Below, piece after piece: positions 54,738-64,000 of a stretch of 64,000 bases of DNA. The DNA lies in the NCBI GenBank assembly GCA_963793305.1, contig CAWBZV010000005.1, forward strand, positions 1,216,001 through 1,280,000. Reading direction: 5' to 3'. The stretch comes from an uncultured Gemmatimonadales bacterium. Lineage in GTDB: Bacteria; Gemmatimonadota; Gemmatimonadetes; Gemmatimonadales; Gemmatimonadaceae. Positions within the stretch are counted from its first letter, which is position 1; the number at the start of each line of letters is the position of its first letter. The notes beneath the pieces were generated by a model. It saw nothing but the letters and a program-made list of their open reading frames with translations. It did no database searches and was not told the DNA's origin. A program made the position numbers and the translations under genes.

Positions 54738-54745
54738 AATCAACG

Positions 54746-55532
54746 TCACGTCGTCGCGAGCTTTCGCCTCGCCATCGGTCGCGCGAACGCCATCGCCGGG
54801 TTGTGCTGCTTGCCCTCGAGAATCTTCCGATAGTAAGGCGTAGCCGCCGTCGGATCCCCTGATCGCTCGTAAGCCATGGCGAGCAGGCACAGAATAAATG
54901 GATCGCGCTGATCCGCCTGACCCAGATCCGCGATCGCGGTCTTAAAGTCGCCCGTGTACAAGGCGACATACCCGGTGAGATACGGGAAGAATCGCTTCTG
55001 GTCCGGGTTCGTGCCCTTGTCCAAGAATGGCCTTGGCCGCGGCCACATGGGTCCGTGCATCAGGGGCGTTGCCACGCCGGGCCGCAATACGCGCCTGCGC
55101 GTGCTCCCATCGGAAATCCCAGAGATCTTTGGACGTGTCGCTGAGATTCGGCTGCTTGAGCGCGAGCTCGTGACCCGTCCGGTACGTCGTGAGCGCGTCG
55201 TTCAAGTCGCCGCACTCGAGCAACAGGCGCCCGAGCTCATTGGACACGTCGGCGGCGCCATTGTAGTCCTTGCTCGCCACCCTCGGGTCGATCACCTGGT
55301 GCTCGTACCGGCTGATGTCCCGCGTATCACAGGTGAACGCGTACGAGATCGCCAGGCTGCGCCGCGCCGGCGTCTTCGCCGAGTCGGTCGGCGCCTTCTC
55401 GATGGCCTGTGACAGCTTCGCCCGTGCCTCGGCGTAATGGCCGTCCAGATCCAGCGCCGCGCCTTGCGCGATCAGAGACGTCGAGTCGGGCGCTTGCACC
55501 AGTGCCAGTGCCAGCAAAGCGGTCGCAATCAT
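54746..55532 (-). CDS. Secreted TPR protein (apparent +1 frameshift near 55025)
   Basis: Signal MIATALLALALVQA; WDFRWEHAQARIAARRG continues as YLTGYVALY..ADQRDPFI..HNPAMAFARP in ORF 54746-55087. Confidence 0.75.
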
Positions 55533-55544
55533 AGAATACACCCC

Positions 55545-56862
55545 ATGAGAAACGTTCTGGTCGTTGCACTCATTCTGGGTTGTGGCCACCCATCTACGCA
55601 AGCCGCGCCCGCCCGAGCAGATGTTCAGAATGGGTCTGGTCCGCGACCCGAAGCTGGCGGCCGCCCTCGGCGACATCTCGGCCGCCAGGATCCGCGCGAC
55701 GGACTCGACGCTCGCCGCGTTCGGTACCCGCCACGCGATGAGCGACACGGTCTCGTCGACCCGCGGGGTCGGCGCGGCCCGGCGCTGGATCTTCTCGACG
55801 CTGTCCAGCTATTCGTCCGACTGCGGCGGCTGCCTGCGCATCGAGTACGACCCGGCCATGGTCACCATCCAACGCGACCCGCAAAAGCGCAGCGTCAATA
55901 TCGTCAACGTGCTCGCCTGGCTTCCGGGGCGCGACACCAACCGCGTGATCGTCATGGGCGGGCACTACGACTCGTGCCGGTGCTCGATGGACTCGTTCGA
56001 TGGGGTCAACGATGCCCCCGGCGCCGATGACGATGGCACCGGCTCGTCCGCCGTCATCGAGCTGGCCCGCGTGTTCTCGCACCGCTACCCGCACGGCCTG
56101 GACGCCACGATCATCTTCGCGCTCTACTCCGGCGAAGAATTGGGACTCCTCGGCTCGACACACCTGGCGGAACGTCTCCACAAATCGGGCTATCATGTCG
56201 TCGCGGGCATGACCGATGACATCGACGGCAACGTCGTGGCCGAGGATGGCAAAGTCGACTCGACCTCGGTAAGAATTTTCGCCGCAGACCCCGATAATAG
56301 TCCAAGCCGCGAGCTCGGTCGCTATGTGTGGGCGCTGGACGCGATCTATGAGCCCAATTTTATCGCGCTGCCCGTCTACCGCGTCGATCGTATTCATCGC
56401 GGCGGCGACCACATGCCGTTCGTCGGCGCCGGCGACGCGGGACTTCGGTTCACCGAGCGCCTGGAGAACTACACACGCCAGCACCTGCCGACCGACGACT
56501 TCGCCCACGTGAACTTCGGCTACACCTCACGCGTCGCCATACTCAACGGCGCGACGGTTGGCTCGCTCGCCGCGGCGCCGGCGACACCGGATAGCGTCGT
56601 TGCCACACGCGACGCAGCGGGCGGCGGCCAAAATTGGAAGATCACCTGGAAGCCGGTGGCAGGCGCGGCCCGCTATGAAGTGCTGTTGCGCACGACGACG
56701 GCCGCGACGTACGAGCGCGTGCTCGATGCCGGCGCGGGTCCACCGTTCGCGCTCAACGAGCAACTCGATGATCTCTGGGCGGGTGTTCGCGCCGTGGGAC
56801 CTGACGGCGCGCGGTCACTCACCGCGACGATTCCACCTCCAGTCCCACTGGTAACGCGCTAA
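55545..56862 (+). CDS. M28 family metallopeptidase lipoprotein (apparent +1 frameshift near 55630)
   Basis: MRNVLVVALILGC signal in one frame; GHYDS, GADDDGTG, GEELGLLGS and GGDH in ORF 55564-56862. Confidence 0.88.
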
Positions 56863-57647
56863 TGCGGGTCGTGAGCCTGGCCGTGTACTTGCCCGTACCG
56901 TACGCGGCCCAGCGCCTCACGACACTCGGCGCCGAGGTCACGGCGGTGGAGCCCCCTGGCGGAGATCCATTCGCCGAGTGGTGCCCGGAGTACTACGCGC
57001 AACTCCGCGCCGGACAGCGCGTCGTTCGCCTCGATATCAAATCACTTGATGGCCGCGCCGCACTGGACACGCTTCTGGGTGAGGCTGATCTACTCCTGAC
57101 TGCCTCGCGCCCGGCGTCACTGCGCCGCCTTGGCCTGGATTGGGAGCATTTGCACGCCAAGTATCCGAGACTCTCTCACGTCGCGCTCGTCGGTTGGGAA
57201 TCGCCCGATGATGAGCGGCCGTCGCATGATCTGATGCTTCAAGCTCTGGCCGGTCTCACGTCGCCACCCGAGCTCCCGAAGACAACTATTGCCGATCTTG
57301 CGGCCGGTGAGCAGATCGTGAGCGCGGGACTGGCATTGTTGCTCAGCGGTCGACCCGGCTGCACGACGGTCTCGCTCGAAGCCGCGGCACGAGCGTTCGC
57401 CGAACCGTTCCGACATGGCCTGACAACGCCCGGCGCATTGCTCGGCGGCGGCCTTCCCGCGTATCGGTTCTATCGAGCGAAAGACAACTGGGTCGCCGTC
57501 GCCGCGCTCGAGCCGCACTTCTGGTCCGCGCTCACCGACGCGCTCGGCAACGATCTCGAGACCGCGTTCGCCGCGGAGACCGCCGACCATTGGGAACGAT
57601 GGGCCGCCGAGCATGGCATCCCTCTCGTCGCGGCGCGCCAACGATAG
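56862..57647 (+). CDS. CaiB/BaiF family CoA transferase (short form)
   Basis: LGAEV..VEPPGGDP, RRLGLD and VAALEPHFW motifs. Confidence 0.85.
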   Translation: MRVVSLAVYLPVPYAAQRLTTLGAEVTAVEPPGGDPFAEWCPEYYAQLRAGQRVVRLDIKSLDGRAALDTLLGEADLLLTASRPASLRRLGLDWEHLHAKYPRLSHVALVGWESPDDERPSHDLMLQALAGLTSPPELPKTTIADLAAGEQIVSAGLALLLSGRPGCTTVSLEAAARAFAEPFRHGLTTPGALLGGGLPAYRFYRAKDNWVAVAALEPHFWSALTDALGNDLETAFAAETADHWERWAAEHGIPLVAARQR

Positions 57648-57672
57648 CGCCTCGCGACCTGTACGTACTGGA

Positions 57673-60600
57673 GTGAAGGCCCTTTGGCTCCTCTGCATCG
57701 TCGCGTTGGTCGGTCCGCTCAGGGCGCAGGTCGGCTCGACCACGGACATCATCATGGGCAAGGTGACGTCGCCCGACGGCCAACCGGTTGTCGGGGCGAT
57801 CGTGAGCGTGACCTCGCTCTACGGTAACATCGTCCGGCAGAAGGAGACGACCGCGAACGGACACTATTCGGTGCTGTTCCCGGACGGCGGCGGACAGTAT
57901 CGCGTCGAGATCCGCTCGGTCGGATTCGCGCCGGCGACCGTGCTCGTCGTGCGCCAGGCAGACGAAGATCGCCTGGTCGCCGACGTGCAGCTCAGGACGA
58001 ACGTGCCCGTCCTGAACACGGTGACGACGCGCGCGCAGCGCAACAACCGCGGTGACGCGGCCAACGCGGGATCCACTGGACTGACACTGACACCGGCGCA
58101 GATCGAGAAGCTGCCCATCGACGGCAGCGACCTCGCCACGCTGGCGGCGCTCGCACCCGGCGTCGTCGCCATCACCTCGACCGACACGACGGATGCGGCG
58201 TTCTCGGTCGCCGGTCAGCGCCCGACACTCAACAACACCACGGTCGATGGCATCAGCTTCGGCGGGACTGCCGTGCCCACAGAGGCGACACGCCGCACGC
58301 GCGTGATCACGAACAGCTACGATGTCGCCCGCGGACAGTTCACGGGCGGTCAGGTCGCCACGACCACCCGCGGCGGATCGAACGACTTCCAGGGCTCGTT
58401 CGGCTCGCAAGTGCGAAGCCCCGACTTCGCGTTCGGGCAGCAAGGTCCGACGGCGTTCGGCCAACTGCGCAACCAGCTGCAGTTCAGTGGTGGCCTGGGC
58501 GGACCGATCGTGCCCAATCGACTGTTCTCGTACACGGCAGGGCAGTTCAGCCGCCGCTACGATGATCTCATCTCGCTGCTCAACGTCGACCCCGCGACGC
58601 TGGCCGAGCTGGGCATCTCGCCGGACACCGCGCAATTGTTCATCAAGCGCGTCAAGTCCCTCGGATTGCCGACCACGGCGCCGAGCGTGCCGGGCATTCG
58701 CGGGACGAACACGGGCATCTTCTTCCAGCGATTCGACTGGCTGGCGAGCGACGATGAGACGCTCATGCTGCGGTTCGATTGGCGAGCGACCTCACAAGAT
58801 GGCGCGCGCATCAACGCCCTGACGCTGCCGACCACGGGCACCGCCGGCTCAAACGCGGGCGGCGGCGTCATGCTCGCGCTCACATTGCACGTGAGCGACA
58901 TCGCCATCAACGAGTTTCGGGCCTACGTGACGCACGCGCAGACGAGCTCCGATCCGTACCTGCCGATTCCGGCGGGCCGCGTGACGATCGTGCCCAACGA
59001 AGGCGATACGTCCGACGTCCAGTCGGTCAACAATTTCGGCGTCTCGTCGCTGTCGTTCGGCGGCACGCCCGGTGTCGCCACGCACACGCACAACGACTTC
59101 GTCGAGTCGACCGACGAGGTCTCGCTCCTGTCCACGGGCGGTGGTCATCGGATCAAGCTCGGTTGGCTCGTGCATCTGGCGCGATTCGGCCAGAACCTGA
59201 CGCCGAACCAGCAAGGCACCTACGGCTACCAGACGTTCGGACAATTCCTGGCCGACTCACCGGCAACGTTCACGCGCGAGTTCGGCGTTCAGAGCACGGA
59301 GGCCCGCACGTATGCGGGCGCGGTCTATGTGGGAGACGCCTGGCGCGCGGGCACGCTGCAGTTGACGTATGGGGCTCGCGTCGAAGGGAACCTCGAGTCG
59401 GGCGCGCCCGCGCTCGATCCACAGATTGCGTCGTTGTTCGATCGCCGCACGAACTACTGGCCCGGCGAAGTCCACGCGAGCCCCCGCGTCGGCTTTCAGT
59501 GGCTCATTGGATCGCTGAGCGGCAATCGACAACAAGAAGGCGGCGGGAATGCGCGCACGTTTGCGGCGCCCTTGCTCACCCTGCGCGGCGGATTCGGCGA
59601 ATTCCGAGCGCCGGTCCCACAGAGTCTCTATCCGTCGTTGCAATCGGCGACGGGCCTCGCCGGCGCCGAGTCGCAACTCATCTGCGTCGGGCCGCAGGTG
59701 CCGGAGCCGGACTGGCCAGGGTACGCGGATGGCACCGGCGCGCCACCGACGACGTGCGTGGCCGGAGCGTTCCCACCGGACACGCTAGGCCTGGGCGCGC
59801 GCAGCACCGTGACGACGTTCGCGCCGGATTTCGAGGCACCACGCGCGTGGCGTGGATCGCTGGGCGCGACCCGGCGGCTCACCAGTCATATCAGCCTCGC
59901 CGTCGACGCCAGTTACGCGAGAGGCGTCGCGCTCTTCGGCGTCACGGACCTCAATCTCAATACCCACCCGCAGTTCACGATCCCCAACGAAGACAATCGC
60001 CCGGTCTTCGTGACGCCGACATCCGTCGATCCGGTCACCGGAGGAGCAGCGTTCGGCTCATCGCGCCTCCACCCGGCGTTTGGCGAGGTGCTCTCGCTCA
60101 ACTCGAACCTGGGCTCCGAGACCAAGCAACTCACGGCCAACGTATCGGGTTACACGGACCGGGGGGTCACGTACACGCTCGCCTACACGTACTCGAACGT
60201 GCGCGACCAGTCGTCGTTCTCCGGCGGGTCGGCCGCCGGCGGCTTCGTGTCGGCGCCGACCGCGGGGAACCCCAACTCGCTCCCGTGGACGACGAGCGAC
60301 CTCCAACGCACGCATTCGTTCGTCGGCACACTGATCTTCCCACTCTCGCAACTCGTCGAGCTCACATTGACGGCGCAGCTCTCCTCCGGCGCGCCGTACA
60401 CGCCGATCGTCAACGGGGACGTGAACGGCGATGGCTCGGGGCGGAACGACCGGGCATTCGTGTTCGACCCGTCGAATCCCGCGACGGCGCCGGGCGTCGC
60501 CACGGCCATGCGCACGTTGCTCTCGACCGGCGAGGCGTCGATCCGCGACTGTCTCAAGAGTCAGATCGGGACGATCGCCGGACGCAATACGTGTGATGGC

Positions 60601-61419
60601 CCGTGGGCGACGTCGCTCAACTGGCAGCTCAACATTCGCCCGAACTGGTTGAATCTGGATCGCCGGCTCACGATCTCGCTGCTGGCGTTGAACACGCTCA
60701 CGGGCATCGATCTCCTGCTGCATGGCGAGAACCACCTGCAGGGCTGGGGGCAGCCCAAGCCGCCCGATCCGGTGCTGCTGACGGTGACGGGATTCAACCC
60801 GGGGACTCGAGAGTTCGACTACACGGTCAACACGCACTTCGGCCGCGCGACCGCGTTCCAGGCGTATGGGATTCCGTTCCAGTTCGTGATCGCGATGCGA
60901 TTCAACCTGGGCGTCACGGACTCGCAGCAGCAGATCCGGTCGATGTTCGGCGGCGGGTTCCGGCGGAACGGCGGCGGTCCGGGTGGCCCTGGCGGGCCGC
61001 CGCCAGCGGCGACTCCGTCGGATGCGCATGAGGGTTTCGCCGACGAGATGGCGGATCGGCTGATGCAGCGCATTCCGAATCCGTTTATGCAGACGTTGCG
61101 TCTCGCTGATTCGCTGACGCTCGTCCTCTCGCCCGATCAGGTATCGCGGCTCGACACGCTGGCCGACGCCTTCCAATCCCGCGCCGACTCACTCCGTGGC
61201 GTGGTAAAGAAAGAACTGGGCAACCTCGGCGCCAACATCGACCAGCAGACGATGGCGGGTGTCCTCCGCAAGCAGTTCACGGTACTGCGCGACCTAAACC
61301 ACAAGGCGCTCGAAGACCTGCAGCAGCTGTTGACCGCCGTGCAATGGGCGAAGCTGCCCGAGTGGCTGACGGGTGGAGGCGGGGGCCGCCGTCAACGCAA
61401 CGGCCCCCCCCGTCCGTGA
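57673..61419 (+). CDS. TonB-dependent receptor with N-terminal carboxypeptidase-regulatory-like domain
   Basis: Signal peptide; plug motif (YDVARGQFTGG, TRGGSN); barrel strands; DVNGDG..ND motif. Confidence 0.85.
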   Translation: MKALWLLCIVALVGPLRAQVGSTTDIIMGKVTSPDGQPVVGAIVSVTSLYGNIVRQKETTANGHYSVLFPDGGGQYRVEIRSVGFAPATVLVVRQADEDRLVADVQLRTNVPVLNTVTTRAQRNNRGDAANAGSTGLTLTPAQIEKLPIDGSDLATLAALAPGVVAITSTDTTDAAFSVAGQRPTLNNTTVDGISFGGTAVPTEATRRTRVITNSYDVARGQFTGGQVATTTRGGSNDFQGSFGSQVRSPDFAFGQQGPTAFGQLRNQLQFSGGLGGPIVPNRLFSYTAGQFSRRYDDLISLLNVDPATLAELGISPDTAQLFIKRVKSLGLPTTAPSVPGIRGTNTGIFFQRFDWLASDDETLMLRFDWRATSQDGARINALTLPTTGTAGSNAGGGVMLALTLHVSDIAINEFRAYVTHAQTSSDPYLPIPAGRVTIVPNEGDTSDVQSVNNFGVSSLSFGGTPGVATHTHNDFVESTDEVSLLSTGGGHRIKLGWLVHLARFGQNLTPNQQGTYGYQTFGQFLADSPATFTREFGVQSTEARTYAGAVYVGDAWRAGTLQLTYGARVEGNLESGAPALDPQIASLFDRRTNYWPGEVHASPRVGFQWLIGSLSGNRQQEGGGNARTFAAPLLTLRGGFGEFRAPVPQSLYPSLQSATGLAGAESQLICVGPQVPEPDWPGYADGTGAPPTTCVAGAFPPDTLGLGARSTVTTFAPDFEAPRAWRGSLGATRRLTSHISLAVDASYARGVALFGVTDLNLNTHPQFTIPNEDNRPVFVTPTSVDPVTGGAAFGSSRLHPAFGEVLSLNSNLGSETKQLTANVSGYTDRGVTYTLAYTYSNVRDQSSFSGGSAAGGFVSAPTAGNPNSLPWTTSDLQRTHSFVGTLIFPLSQLVELTLTAQLSSGAPYTPIVNGDVNGDGSGRNDRAFVFDPSNPATAPGVATAMRTLLSTGEASIRDCLKSQIGTIAGRNTCDGPWATSLNWQLNIRPNWLNLDRRLTISLLALNTLTGIDLLLHGENHLQGWGQPKPPDPVLLTVTGFNPGTREFDYTVNTHFGRATAFQAYGIPFQFVIAMRFNLGVTDSQQQIRSMFGGGFRRNGGGPGGPGGPPPAATPSDAHEGFADEMADRLMQRIPNPFMQTLRLADSLTLVLSPDQVSRLDTLADAFQSRADSLRGVVKKELGNLGANIDQQTMAGVLRKQFTVLRDLNHKALEDLQQLLTAVQWAKLPEWLTGGGGGRRQRNGPPRP

Positions 61420-61422
61420 GCC

Positions 61423-64000
61423 CTACCGCTTCCGTTTGACGACCGCCCGAAGCCTGCCGCGCGGTGCCAGCCGGACACCCGGCTTGACCACCTTCACGAC
61501 GCGGCTGCCGTAGATCGGCAAGTTCGTCGGCTGCGGGTTGAACGCCAGCGCGCTCGGCGCCCCGATGACTCCACCCGGCGAGTTGACCGATCCCACTGGT
61601 GCGACGCTGCCGCCGCTCGACAACTGCGCCGCGCTGTATTCGACAATGGTGCTCGCGGCCTCGTTCGCCACCCACAGGTTGCCGCCGAAGTCGAACGCCA
61701 GCGCGCGCGGCGTCTGCAACGAGCCCGAGTTGGCGCTGATCGTCGCGGCCGGCGCCGGGCTGCCGGTCGCCGTCAGTGACGCTGTCGAGAAGGACACGAC
61801 CGTGTTCGCCGCGGAGTTCGTTACCCACAGGTTGCCGTTCGGATCGAACGCCAGCGCGGTCGGCAACGAGAGTGAAGAAGCGGTGGCGCTCAGCACGATG
61901 CCCGGCGTCTCCGCCCCCGCCGTCGCCAGCTGGGCTGCGGTGAACCTGACGATGGTGTTGTTCCCCACGTTGGACACCCAGAGGTTGCCATTGGCGTCGA
62001 ACGCCATCCCCGTCGGCTGATTCAGCGCGGTGCTGGTCACCGTCGCGGTGACGGTTCCCGATTCATTGATGCCGACGAGGGTATTATTTCCGGCGTTGGC
62101 CGCCCACAGGAGGCCGTTCTTGTCGAAGGCCAGGCCCTCTGGATCGTTGAGGCCCGTCACGTCCAACATCACATAGGCCGGCGACGCCCCGCTGAACTCG
62201 GCCGAGTCGCGCCATTTGATGAGCTGATTGGTGGTACCCATCGAGGTCCACAGCCTGTCGTCCTTATCCAACGCCATGCCTGTCGGAGACACAGGAGTGT
62301 ACTGCGCAATGATGTTCGACGCCGAAACGGAGCCGCCTTGCCGCAACTGCGGTCCGGAGAATCCGGCCATGATCATCGTGCTGGAGTCCGCGACCCACAG
62401 CTCGCCCGATCCCGAGCGCCACGCGTAGGTCACACCAATGGTGTCCACGTCTCCGACAGCCACAATCGTGTGCGTGGTGTCGATCTGCAGGTCGGTGCTG
62501 TGTTGGTTGATCGAGTCCGCATAGAAGATCTGCGGCACGGTCACGTCGGCGGTCGCGTACGTGTCCGCCTGGAACCGGTAGATCCCGGGCTTGAGCGGAT
62601 TGATGAGCCCCGGCTGCGTGACCGCGGTCGTCGTCGAATCCGCCGCCGTGTCCGGTCCCACGAACGTGATGTTGGCCGTGTTGGTCGGCACCAGATTGCT
62701 TTCCCCGGTGATGTTCACCAACATGGCGCCGGTCAACGTGCACGAGGGCACGACGTACAGGGTGACCTGGTGCGCGTTGGTGAGCCCCGTGTAGTTCTGC
62801 GCGCTGATGGCCGAGCAATCGACCGGCGTGCCCGCGAACGTCACCTGTCCGGTGCCGGGTCCGACCGGAATGTTTCCGATCACGAACGCTCCGGTCGAAT
62901 CCGATGCTTGCGCGGATACTGCCACGCCGCCGGTCGGCGTTGCCGTCGCCACGACGCCTTCGATTGGCTCACCCCAGGACGTGACGATCGTACCGCGGAT
63001 GACACCGTACGGCGTGGTGCAGGTGACCGTGACGTTCACGGTGACGCTCGTGCCGTTCGTGAGACCCGTGTAATTCGAGGGGCTGGTCGGGGGCGTGCAG
63101 TTCGGCGTCAGGTGATTGATCGCGACCGTACCCGTGCCGCCGCCGGTGCCACTACCGACCGGCACGGCATTGACCGAGAATCCGCCCGAGCTGTTGGTCG
63201 TTACCGCGGCCAGAGCAACACCGCCGTTCGGTGTCACGGTCACGCCGACCCCCGCGAGACCACCACCCAGGCTGCTCGTAATCGTACCGGTGATGACGCC
63301 CGAGGGCGGGCTGCACGTGATCGTGATGTTGGTGATGGTCAGCAACTTGCCGCTCGTGAGTCCCGAGTACGGAGTGGCTGTTGCCGGCGTGGGGCAGTTC
63401 GACGGGAGGTTCGTAAAGGTGATCGAGCCGGTGCCGTCGGAGACCGGGACGCCGGTGACCGCGAACATGCCAGTGGCGTTCGTTGACACGGCCGGCAGAG
63501 CGGCCGCGCCGTGCGGCGTCACGATCACGCCGACTCCGGCGCCGATCGACACGTTGCCCTGGCTGGTCAGGATGGTGCCGGTGATGGCGCCGGCCGTTGC
63601 CGAGCATTGGAGCGTGATCGGCACCGTGATCGTGCCACCCGAGGCTTTGCCCGAGTACGTCACGGCGCTGGGTTGCACGCAGGCGCTTGGAACGTTCGAG
63701 AGCGCGATCGAGCCACCACCCGAACCGACGTTGGGGAACGTCGCCGAGCCGCCGCTGTTGGTCGTGGCGCCGTTCAGCGCACTGTCACCCGACGGCGTCA
63801 CGACTACGTTGACGTTGGCGACCGCGCCGCCGAGACTGCTGGTGACGACAACCGCGAGGCTGTCGACCGGGGCCACGCAGATGGCGGTGATGTTGAGGGT
63901 GTCCCGCTCGCCGCTCGTCAGGCCCGAGTAGCTCTTGGGGCCGGGCGCTTGACAGTTCTGCGGCACGCCCGAGACGTTGATGCTGCCAGTGCCGGCGGTG
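61423..64000 (-). CDS. Large surface protein with tandem Ig/carboxypeptidase-like repeats and a C-terminal NHL beta-propeller (5' end outside window)
   Basis: About 95-aa repeats (GTITSS.GG..GV.VTVTP...C...YSGLT...C) then repeated P..LAFD..GNLWVAN. Confidence 0.85.
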   Translation of the reverse strand, partial: TAGTGSINVSGVPQNCQAPGPKSYSGLTSGERDTLNITAICVAPVDSLAVVVTSSLGGAVANVNVVVTPSGDSALNGATTNSGGSATFPNVGSGGGSIALSNVPSACVQPSAVTYSGKASGGTITVPITLQCSATAGAITGTILTSQGNVSIGAGVGVIVTPHGAAALPAVSTNATGMFAVTGVPVSDGTGSITFTNLPSNCPTPATATPYSGLTSGKLLTITNITITCSPPSGVITGTITSSLGGGLAGVGVTVTPNGGVALAAVTTNSSGGFSVNAVPVGSGTGGGTGTVAINHLTPNCTPPTSPSNYTGLTNGTSVTVNVTVTCTTPYGVIRGTIVTSWGEPIEGVVATATPTGGVAVSAQASDSTGAFVIGNIPVGPGTGQVTFAGTPVDCSAISAQNYTGLTNAHQVTLYVVPSCTLTGAMLVNITGESNLVPTNTANITFVGPDTAADSTTTAVTQPGLINPLKPGIYRFQADTYATADVTVPQIFYADSINQHSTDLQIDTTHTIVAVGDVDTIGVTYAWRSGSGELWVADSSTMIMAGFSGPQLRQGGSVSASNIIAQYTPVSPTGMALDKDDRLWTSMGTTNQLIKWRDSAEFSGASPAYVMLDVTGLNDPEGLAFDKNGLLWAANAGNNTLVGINESGTVTATVTSTALNQPTGMAFDANGNLWVSNVGNNTIVRFTAAQLATAGAETPGIVLSATASSLSLPTALAFDPNGNLWVTNSAANTVVSFSTASLTATGSPAPAATISANSGSLQTPRALAFDFGGNLWVANEAASTIVEYSAAQLSSGGSVAPVGSVNSPGGVIGAPSALAFNPQPTNLPIYGSRVVKVVKPGVRLAPRGRLRAVVKRKR

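Overview
High-GC (roughly two-thirds, by eye), gene-dense bacterial DNA. Gene content suggests Gemmatimonadota, but this is an inference. In order, the window holds: (1) a PadR locus; (2) a stand-alone MEDS sensor, histidine kinase and NarL-type regulator next to a catalase-like peroxidase/haloperoxidase/ADH/DUF4331 operon; (3) a selenocysteine formate dehydrogenase operon (FdhA with Sec UGA at 9121 plus SECIS, FdhB, NrfD anchor, small lipoprotein, FdhE); (4) a CusCBA-type metal efflux operon; (5) a ~14 kb arsenic-phosphate island with two ArsRs carrying different operator palindromes, arsM, arsN2, arsO, a metallophosphoesterase, arsC, pstSCAB-phoU and an operator-linked TPR/second pstS/aquaporin/flavoprotein operon; (6) assorted regulators and enzymes; (7) a TPR gene flanked by inverted repeats; (8) a TonB-dependent receptor and a large repeat/NHL surface protein. 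About 11 apparent +1 frameshifts cluster at two motifs (GACGTC and CATCT), most likely motif-biased sequencing errors. I saw no CRISPR array, rRNA, tRNA, transposase or integrase. All family assignments come from motif recognition, not database searches.
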